Below are positions 56,952 to 64,000 of a stretch of DNA of 64,000 bases, piece after piece. Below the pieces are notes generated by a model. The model was given only the letters and a program-made list of their open reading frames with translations, did not search any database and was not told the DNA's origin. The stretch spans positions 12,280 to 76,279 of the forward strand of contig JAZTXG010000013.1 of the NCBI GenBank assembly GCA_045636365.1, given 5' to 3'. The position numbers were made by a program, and so were the translations under genes. Source of the stretch: Eubacteriales bacterium. GTDB taxonomy: Bacteria; Bacillota; Clostridia; Oscillospirales; QAKW01. The first letter of the stretch is position 1; each line of letters starts with the position of its first letter.

Positions 56952-57907
56952 TGGCAGCAAAACAACGTGAAATTGAATTACTGAAAAAGAAAAAACTCAC
57001 CTTCTCTGAGAAAATGGCGCTCACATGGCGGCAGGTCTGGGAAAATAGAATCAACTATGTTTTAATGTTCCCGTTTTTGCTGTTCTTTACATTATTTACA
57101 GTTATTCCGGTTGGCGCGTCAATGGTTCTTTCGTTCACACGTTATGACGTTTTGAACGATCCGGTATTTGTCGGTTGGGATAACTACCTTAGAATGTTCT
57201 TGGAAGATGGCATTTTCTTGATTGCATTGAAGAACACTTTGCAATTCGCTATCATTACCGGACCGGTCGGATATATTCTGTGCTTCGTGTTTGCATGGTT
57301 TATTAACGATCTTCCTCCGTATGCGAGAGCATTCTTTACCGTCGTTTTCTATGCGCCTACTTTGGCAAATGTTTACTTTATCTTCCAATATATATTTAGT
57401 GCGGATATGTATGGTCTGATCAACTCGGTTTTAATGAACCTGGGTCTCTTGGATCAGCCGATTGCATGGTTGACCAATCCGGACTATATGTTGAATATTG
57501 TTATCATTGTCCAATTGTGGTGTTCTCTCGGTACCGGCTTCCTTTCGTTTGTTGCCGGTCTGCAGAACTTGGATCCTTCGCTTGCCGAAGCCGGTGCGAT
57601 CGATGGCGTTCGCAATCGTTTCCAAGAACTGTTTTATATCACATTGCCCCAGATGGGCGGTATGTTGATGTTCGGTGCGGTTATGCAGATCGCTTCCGCT
57701 TTTGCGGTTGGCGGAATTTCTTCTGCAATGTTGGGTAACCCCTCTGTCGACTATGCAGGTCATACTTTGGTCTTGCATATTGCCGACTTTGGTAACACCC
57801 GTTTCGAACTTGGTTATGCATCTGCGATTGCGGTGGTCTTGTTCTTACTGATGATCTTGACAAAGGCTGCAATCAATAAGTTGCTTGCCAAATTCTCACA
57901 TGATTAA
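56951..57907 (+). CDS. Sugar-type ABC transporter permease (MalF-like)
   Basis: 318 aa, 6 TM, EAA loop LAEAGAIDGVRNRFQELFYITLP. ATG overlaps the upstream stop (TAATG). Confidence 0.85.
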   Translation: MAAKQREIELLKKKKLTFSEKMALTWRQVWENRINYVLMFPFLLFFTLFTVIPVGASMVLSFTRYDVLNDPVFVGWDNYLRMFLEDGIFLIALKNTLQFAIITGPVGYILCFVFAWFINDLPPYARAFFTVVFYAPTLANVYFIFQYIFSADMYGLINSVLMNLGLLDQPIAWLTNPDYMLNIVIIVQLWCSLGTGFLSFVAGLQNLDPSLAEAGAIDGVRNRFQELFYITLPQMGGMLMFGAVMQIASAFAVGGISSAMLGNPSVDYAGHTLVLHIADFGNTRFELGYASAIAVVLFLLMILTKAAINKLLAKFSHD

Positions 57908-57927
57908 GGAAAGGAGAGTGAACAATA

Positions 57928-58785
57928 ATGTCTACTAAATTAAGAAGAACCAAAGCCTCTGTTGTTGGCGATATTTCTACCTATGTTTTGCTCGCTCTTT
58001 ACGCTTCCTTTATGTGCCTGCCTTTGCTTTATGCGATTGTGCAGTCCATTAAGCCGTATAACGAACTGTTTATTTTCCCGCCGCGGTTTTTCACAAAGAA
58101 CCCCACGTTGATGAGCTTCAGAAAGTTGTTTGATCTGACTTCTGCTTCTTGGGTTCCTTTTTCCAGATATGTTTTTAACTCGGTTGCCAACACCGTTGTC
58201 GGTACAGTGATTCATATCTTTTCTGCGGCAATGTGTTCTTATCCCTTGGCTAAGAATAAATTCCCCGGAAAGAAGATCATTTTCCAGATCGTTGTTTGGT
58301 CGCTGCTCTTTACCGGCGGTGTTACCGAAATCCCGACATATTTGGTTATGTCTAAATTGAATATCATCGATACTTATTTCGCATTCTGGCTTCCTGAGAT
58401 CAGCGCAACGATGGGTGTCTTCCTGCTGAAGCAAAATATGGCGGAAGTTCCCGATGCAATGGTTGAAGCGGCGCGAATCGATGGGGCAGGGGAATGGAAA
58501 ATTTTGTGGTCTATTATGATGCCTTCGGTAAAACCTGCGTGGTTGACGCTTGCGATCTTCTCTTTCCAGAGAAACTGGAATGCAACCGCGGCTTCCTACA
58601 TTTATACCGAAACATTGAAGACCTTGCCTACTGCGTTGAGTCAGATCACTGCCGAAGGCGGTGTGGCTCGTGCCGGCGAGGCGTATGCAGCATCGGTTTT
58701 GATGATGATCCCGCCGATTATCTTCTTTATCTTTGCGCAGAGCAGTACAGTAAAAACGATGGCACATGCCGGTATTAAGGGTTAA
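57928..58785 (+). CDS. Carbohydrate ABC transporter permease (MalG-like)
   Basis: 285 aa, EAA loop MVEAARIDGAGEWKILWSIMMP. Confidence 0.85.
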   Translation: MSTKLRRTKASVVGDISTYVLLALYASFMCLPLLYAIVQSIKPYNELFIFPPRFFTKNPTLMSFRKLFDLTSASWVPFSRYVFNSVANTVVGTVIHIFSAAMCSYPLAKNKFPGKKIIFQIVVWSLLFTGGVTEIPTYLVMSKLNIIDTYFAFWLPEISATMGVFLLKQNMAEVPDAMVEAARIDGAGEWKILWSIMMPSVKPAWLTLAIFSFQRNWNATAASYIYTETLKTLPTALSQITAEGGVARAGEAYAASVLMMIPPIIFFIFAQSSTVKTMAHAGIKG

Positions 58786-58798
58786 GGAGGTGTGCGAT

Positions 58799-60355
58799 AT
58801 GAGTAAAAAAATGATTAAAATCGGTGCAGCTCTAATGACTGTAATTATGCTTGTGTCGATGTTCACCTTCTCTTCTTCGGCATACATTGCATACAACACT
58901 TATGATTTTAATTTCTACGGTGATGCGATGGCCACCCCCTCTACTTATGCTCCGGAGAAAATTTATTATGGATCCGACATGGGTGTTGGATCTTTCGATA
59001 ACGCAGTGGATCTTTATGTAAGTCCGCAAAATGAAGTGTATGTTTTGGATTATTTTGGAACCGAAAATGAAGCAAGACTTCATATTTTCAATTCCGAGCT
59101 CAAACATATTAAAACCCTTTCTACTCTGAAAGCGAACGGCAAAGATTATACGATGCGTTTGCCGGAGAGTGTTGCGGTTGACCAATATGGTTACATTTAT
59201 ATTTGCGATACCGGCAATAAGCAGGTACTTAAACTTGATAAAGATAAGAGCGGTACGATCGTTCAAACCTTCAGCACTCCGAAAACCGAACTCTTTTCCG
59301 GTGAGTTTAAGCCTTCCAAAGTTGCGATTGCGAAAAATATGTCTCTTTATGTAATTTCTACCGGTACCTTGGATGGTATTATGGAATTTAATAAAGATGG
59401 TGTATTCCTTCGTTATTTCGGTGCTCCCGATGTCGCGCTTACATTGATGGATATGGTAACAATGGCTTGGCGTCGCGTTTATCGGTCCATCATTGGTCAG
59501 CAGGCAAGCAATTTTTTCGTCACTTTTGTTCCTACCGAATTTGTTAATATGGTTGTAGACGATTACGGCTTTGTTTATGCTGTTGTTGCGTCGACCGGTG
59601 GTAACGATAATACGAATCAGCTCAAGAAAATGAACTTCTTGGGCAATAGTGTTTTGGATCCCAATGCTAAGAGTACTCAGAAAATATCAGCTACACTTTC
59701 GGAAACGTACGGTGACCTTGTTCGAAGCGATACACTTGGTAAGAACATTTTCAAAGATGTTGCTGTTGATTCCGATGGGTTCATCACAATGATGGACACA
59801 AACCTTGGTAAAATCTTCGAGTATGACGCTGAAGGAAATATGACAGCAATTTACGGAACCAAGGGCACGCAATTAGGCTTGCTCCAAAAGCCGGCTGCTA
59901 TTGCAAAGCTTGGCAAAAAGACACTGGTTCTCGATAATTATTTTGGCTCGATCACAGTGTTTGATCTGACCGATTATGGAAAGACACTTCATAACGGTAT
60001 CAATCTGTACGACCAAGGTCTTTATGAAGAAGCGGAAGGCTATTGGCAAAAAATTCTGAAGAATAATGCCAACTGCGAATTGGCTCACATCGGTATTGGT
60101 AAGGTTTATTATCAATATGGCCGTTATAAAGACGCATTGGATCACTTTGAGATTGCAAACGATCGAATGAACTATGAAAGTGCATTTGCTTTGTACAGAG
60201 AATCTTTGATCGCAGATCATTTTGATCTGTTGATGACGTCACTGGTCATTTTGATTGTTTTGCTAGTCGTTTGGAAGTTTTTCGGCAAAGCAATCATTAA
60301 AGCTATTAAAGAAAAGAAGCAAGGAGGTGGAGATGATGACACAGATCTTGAATAA
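58799..60355 (+). CDS. Bitopic membrane protein with NHL/beta-propeller-like repeats and a TPR segment
   Basis: ATG after AAGGAGG. N-terminal TM/signal. NHL-like repeats (YGYIYICDTGNKQVLKLD; DGFITMMDTNLGKIFEYD; LVLDNYFGSITVFD). TPR-like EEAEGYWQKILKNNANCELAHIGIGKVYYQYGRYKDAL. C-terminal TM and an acidic tail. Confidence 0.65.
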   Translation: MSKKMIKIGAALMTVIMLVSMFTFSSSAYIAYNTYDFNFYGDAMATPSTYAPEKIYYGSDMGVGSFDNAVDLYVSPQNEVYVLDYFGTENEARLHIFNSELKHIKTLSTLKANGKDYTMRLPESVAVDQYGYIYICDTGNKQVLKLDKDKSGTIVQTFSTPKTELFSGEFKPSKVAIAKNMSLYVISTGTLDGIMEFNKDGVFLRYFGAPDVALTLMDMVTMAWRRVYRSIIGQQASNFFVTFVPTEFVNMVVDDYGFVYAVVASTGGNDNTNQLKKMNFLGNSVLDPNAKSTQKISATLSETYGDLVRSDTLGKNIFKDVAVDSDGFITMMDTNLGKIFEYDAEGNMTAIYGTKGTQLGLLQKPAAIAKLGKKTLVLDNYFGSITVFDLTDYGKTLHNGINLYDQGLYEEAEGYWQKILKNNANCELAHIGIGKVYYQYGRYKDALDHFEIANDRMNYESAFALYRESLIADHFDLLMTSLVILIVLLVVWKFFGKAIIKAIKEKKQGGGDDDTDLE

Positions 60356-61001
60356 TTTAAAGCGCATTTCGAATCGGTTATTCGAGGGCAAAAAGAATCC
60401 TTTTTTGATGCTGTTCCATCCGGGTGAAACCATGGAAGATCTCAAGTATAAGAAAAATGGATCCACATTTTATGCAACATTGCTTTTGATTGCATATAGC
60501 GTATCTGCGATCATCGTTGAAGTTGCCACCGGCTTTATGTACTCCACAATGCGTATTCAGGATTTTAACATCGTCACCGTTCTTTGCACTTCCGGTGCGC
60601 TGGTATTGCTCTTTGTTGTTGGCAACTGGGCATTGTGCACTTTGTTTAGCGGCGAAGGGCGAATGAAAGATGTTTATATCATGACTTGTTATAATCTGAT
60701 TCCGTTGATCTTGTATAACATTTTCGGAACGATTATGTCGCAGTTTATGATTCCTGATGAATATGTGTTTGTCACCATTATCGGAACCTGCTGCTCGCTG
60801 TGGTTTATTTGTCTGATGGTGTATGGCGCTATGGTTATCCATAACTATTCTTTTTGGGGAACTGTCTTGAATTTGATAATGTCTTTGGTAGCTATGGCAA
60901 TTATCTTCTTCTTGATCTTCTTGTTTGTCGTCTTGATGCAGCAACTTTATGTATTCGTTATGACTCTGTATACAGAGTTTCGGATGCGTTTGTATATTTA
61001 A
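60333..61001 (+). CDS. Yip1-domain-like polytopic membrane protein
   Basis: About 222 aa with 5 TM. AAGGAGG at 60321-60327. Overlaps the upstream gene by about 20 nt. Confidence 0.6.
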   Translation: MMTQILNNLKRISNRLFEGKKNPFLMLFHPGETMEDLKYKKNGSTFYATLLLIAYSVSAIIVEVATGFMYSTMRIQDFNIVTVLCTSGALVLLFVVGNWALCTLFSGEGRMKDVYIMTCYNLIPLILYNIFGTIMSQFMIPDEYVFVTIIGTCCSLWFICLMVYGAMVIHNYSFWGTVLNLIMSLVAMAIIFFLIFLFVVLMQQLYVFVMTLYTEFRMRLYI

Positions 61002-61020
61002 GAAAGGAGAAATGAATTAA

Positions 61021-63249
61021 ATGAAGAGAACTATTAGCTTTATTTTATCATTCGTTTTGCTCCTTTCCTGCATTTCGATGATTACATTTGCCACCTCTGC
61101 AGCACCTGCAAAGTTAGAGGTTCCGGGCAACTATGTTTTGGCAGATCAAAATTCCAATATTGCTCTCTATGTTGATAGCAATACCGGAGATTTTGCCATT
61201 ATGAATCAAAAGAGCAAAGCGGTTTGGTATTCTAATCCTGTGGATTGGAAGTCGGATAAAATTGCTCAAGGAGATTCTTATACCGATCTGACATCTAAAA
61301 TGACAGTTCAGTATATTACCAGCAGTTATGCTGAGGGTTCTGTCAACTCCAATCAAGCCGCTGTTATCAGCGAACGTGTGGGGAAAGATTGGATCATTAC
61401 ATTCTATTTTAAAAATGCAAATACCAACTTTTCGATCCCTGTAAAATTGTCCCTGAAAGAGGAATATGTTCATGTTGAGCTGATGATCGACCAGATTGAA
61501 GAAAAAGGCGATACTCGTATTCTCTTTGTGAACTTGTATCCCTATTTCGGAGCCGCCGGTTTGAATGATACCGGTTATGGTTTCGTTCCTGATGGAACCG
61601 GCTCTTTGATGGAGTTTAATCGTGAGCTGCTCAATAACTACCCCTTTGGTAATGATAATGAAGGCTTAATGTATGCTCCGAATCCTACCGAAGTTGCAAC
61701 AAACAGCTATTTCCAAAACTGGAATGAAGCTCTTCGCTTGCCGGTTTACGGTATGGTGAAGAATAATGAAGCTTTTCTTGCTATCATTGAAAGCGGTGCA
61801 GCTGTTACCGAAATCCAAGCAAGTTTGAGCCGGTTGTGGAATAGCTATAACGTTGTGAAGACTTGTGTCAACATTCGCGACGCTCAAGCCCGTAGGACCG
61901 CTACCGGTGATAAGGGTGCGGGCTCCTATTATTCTGAGATCCGCCCCGAAAACTATATTGTTCGGTATTATCCGCTGGATGGTGAGAATGCTTCTTATAT
62001 CGGAATGGCCGAAAGATACCGTGAGTATTTGATCGAAGAAAAGGGAATGACTCCTGTGAAGGATGTTGCTTCCAATGCGCTCAACATCTCTCTTTACGGT
62101 GCGGTCAAAAAACAAAAGCATTTCTTGGGAATTCCTTATACCGGAGCGGAATATTTGACCACTTATTCTGAAGCAGAAGAGCTGGTTGATCGCTTGGTAG
62201 CCGATAAAGTTGATAAAGTATTTATTGATTATTCCGGCTGGACTTCCGGTGGCTTGGATACGACAACGGAACTCACCTTGAAACCCAGCTCTAAGCTTGG
62301 CGGCAAAAAGGCAATCAACAGTTTGATTGATAAGGTAAACGAGATTGATAACTACTCATTGGCTTTCGATTTGGAATTGCATGAGTTCCATAGCCAAACC
62401 AGAGATATCAAGAAGTTTAAGGACGTCTCTCACGGGTTGGATGCTTCTCCGGTAGCCATCTGGAGAGGAAGAATTTCCGCTGCAGGAGCAACAACGAAAT
62501 CAAATATGGGCTATATGTTAATTCATCCTGCTCGTATGCTTGGTTATGCTGATAAGTTTATCAACAGTGCATCTTCGAATGATGTCAAGAGTTATTCCTT
62601 TAATTCTCTGGGCGATTCTCTTTATTGCGCTTATAATATTAATGATGATTCCACGCGCGATAAATCCGAGCATCATATGGAAGATATCTTCAATCGTGCT
62701 CAAGAAGCCACAGATGAAAATGGTATTCTCAACACAACCGGTGGTAACGGCTATGCCGTTCCGTATGTGGATAACATTATGAATGCACCGGTTTATGCAA
62801 GCCATAATATTTTGCTTGCTAAGGAAGTTCCGTTCTATCAAATCGTTTTCCGTGGATATGTTAATCTGGCCGGCAATCCGTTCAACCTGGAGTCTGAGCA
62901 GGATGATTTGCTCTTGAAATTGGCGGAAACCGGTATGAGCTTGTATTATCAGTTGATTGATGCGGAATCTACAGCATTCCATAATACAGATTATACCCAT
63001 TTGTACGCTTGTGCGGTAGACGATCATTATGACGATATGATTGCGACTTATAATCGTATGAAACCGCTTTACGATGCGGTTGCTGATAGCACTATCGTTA
63101 ATTATGAAGTGATTTCTGATGATGTAAAAATCACAACCTTCAGCAATGGAGCCAAGGTTTATGTAAACTATTCGGATGCTGAAGTGAATGTTAATGGTGT
63201 TAAGGTCGCAGCAAAAGACTTTACAGTAGTAGGAGGTGTAGCAGCATGA
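61021..63249 (+). CDS. Secreted 742-aa protein of unknown family (possibly DUF5696-type, from memory)
   Basis: Signal peptide MKRTISFILSFVLLLSCISMITFATSAA. No catalytic motif could be assigned by eye. Confidence 0.6.
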   Translation: MKRTISFILSFVLLLSCISMITFATSAAPAKLEVPGNYVLADQNSNIALYVDSNTGDFAIMNQKSKAVWYSNPVDWKSDKIAQGDSYTDLTSKMTVQYITSSYAEGSVNSNQAAVISERVGKDWIITFYFKNANTNFSIPVKLSLKEEYVHVELMIDQIEEKGDTRILFVNLYPYFGAAGLNDTGYGFVPDGTGSLMEFNRELLNNYPFGNDNEGLMYAPNPTEVATNSYFQNWNEALRLPVYGMVKNNEAFLAIIESGAAVTEIQASLSRLWNSYNVVKTCVNIRDAQARRTATGDKGAGSYYSEIRPENYIVRYYPLDGENASYIGMAERYREYLIEEKGMTPVKDVASNALNISLYGAVKKQKHFLGIPYTGAEYLTTYSEAEELVDRLVADKVDKVFIDYSGWTSGGLDTTTELTLKPSSKLGGKKAINSLIDKVNEIDNYSLAFDLELHEFHSQTRDIKKFKDVSHGLDASPVAIWRGRISAAGATTKSNMGYMLIHPARMLGYADKFINSASSNDVKSYSFNSLGDSLYCAYNINDDSTRDKSEHHMEDIFNRAQEATDENGILNTTGGNGYAVPYVDNIMNAPVYASHNILLAKEVPFYQIVFRGYVNLAGNPFNLESEQDDLLLKLAETGMSLYYQLIDAESTAFHNTDYTHLYACAVDDHYDDMIATYNRMKPLYDAVADSTIVNYEVISDDVKITTFSNGAKVYVNYSDAEVNVNGVKVAAKDFTVVGGVAA

Positions 63250-64000
63250 GCAAAAATGAATTGAACAATGATGCATTAGAAATTCAAGCGAATGTTGATG
63301 ACATCTCTGAAATCGAATCCGCTGCTACTTTTGCGCAATGGAACCCTGAGGAGAATAAGCAGATTGCAACAAAGTTGATTGAGAAAAATCCCGAACGTGC
63401 AAAAGAAATCGTTCGTGAGCGTCTTGCTAAGATGACTCCGGAGCAGATTGAAGCTTTGCGCGTAGCAAAGGCTGCAAAAGAAGAGGCAATGAAGGCTGCA
63501 ACCGAAGCTGCGGAAGAAGAAAAGAAAGTAGAAGAATCGGTGGAAGAAGCAACTGTAGAACCTGCGGAAGAAACTCCGGTTGTCGCTGAGATGCCTGAGG
63601 TTCAGGAGGAGGTTGTACCGGTTGCTGCTGAGATACCCGAGGTTCAGGAAGAGGTTGTTCCCGTTGTCGCTCCTGTTGTTGCGGCACCGAAAAAAGAAGG
63701 AAAGAAAAAGGCAAGTAAGGGTCGCGGCATTTCTTATGAATCCCGTCAGGCGTTTACAGGCTTTATGTTCGTTCTTCCTTGGTTCATCGGATTTTTGCTG
63801 TTCTTTGCAATTCCTTGCTTCCAGTCCCTCCAGTTTTCCTTCTCCAAGGTTGCTGTTTTTGATGGTTATGCATGCTCTTGGATCGGTCTGGAGAACTATG
63901 TCACTCTTCTGACCAGTGGTGCAACATATTTACAAGCTTTGACAAAAACGTTGACCGATTTGGCAGTTAATGTTCCGGTCATCTTGATCTTCAGCTTGTT
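63246..64000 (+). CDS. ABC transporter permease (MalF-like) with ~165-aa acidic N-terminal extension; partial, runs off the window
   Basis: Own translation from an ATG that overlaps the upstream stop (ATGA): MSKNELNNDALEIQ...EMPEVQEEVVPVAAEIPEVQEEVVPV...GRGISYESRQAFTGFMFVLPWFIGFLLFFAIP. Not in the ORF track because it has no in-window stop. Confidence 0.7.
   Translation, partial: MSKNELNNDALEIQANVDDISEIESAATFAQWNPEENKQIATKLIEKNPERAKEIVRERLAKMTPEQIEALRVAKAAKEEAMKAATEAAEEEKKVEESVEEATVEPAEETPVVAEMPEVQEEVVPVAAEIPEVQEEVVPVVAPVVAAPKKEGKKKASKGRGISYESRQAFTGFMFVLPWFIGFLLFFAIPCFQSLQFSFSKVAVFDGYACSWIGLENYVTLLTSGATYLQALTKTLTDLAVNVPVILIFSL

Noticed and set aside
57940-58899. 319-aa minus-strand ORF
   Set aside because: It is antisense to the MalG-like permease (EAA loop present on the plus strand). 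Its translation is Arg/His/Cys-rich with no motif.

Overview
This 64-kb window looks like a spore-forming Firmicute of clostridial type. Supporting signs are cotJA-cotJB-cotJC, DnaD/DnaI-like replication genes, three T-box leaders and dockerin modules. No database search was possible, so all family names come from motif reading of the translations. Most of the window is housekeeping: mfd(partial)-pth, dnaD/dnaI-like, rsmI, cysE-cysS, htrA-like, cca, queH, metY-metA, azlCD, secG, dinB, a PBP, alaS, mtaB, hppA, pncB and 4 tRNAs. Two accessory blocks stand out. (1) 14.2-28.2 kb holds six tandem same-strand paralogs. All share an unassigned ~110-aa module plus an SGNH/GDSL hydrolase domain. They occur as one lipoprotein, three 1021-1159-aa secreted proteins (near-identical signal peptides, a 10-11-Cys module, an internal dockerin) and two leaderless ~350-aa minimal forms. 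The block shows recent duplication and conversion-like patches. (2) 53.9 to >64.0 kb is a tightly coupled operon: a 1022-aa solute-binding protein with two extra beta-sandwich-like modules, two sugar-type ABC permeases, a bitopic NHL/TPR protein, a Yip1-like membrane protein, a 742-aa secreted protein of unknown family, and a further permease with an acidic repeat extension. No ATPase gene is visible in the window. Smaller oddities are also reported. A small XRE regulator sits next to four 52-53-bp tandem repeats with a palindromic core. tRNA-Thr has a duplicated 3' end (att-like scar) plus an inverted 15-mer. There is a self-contained 19-codon Cys-rich sORF. A SulP gene without a STAS domain abuts a start-less FAD-oxidoreductase fragment. 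Base composition appears to shift near 32-33 kb. No CRISPR array, integrase, transposase or recognisable defence genes were seen.
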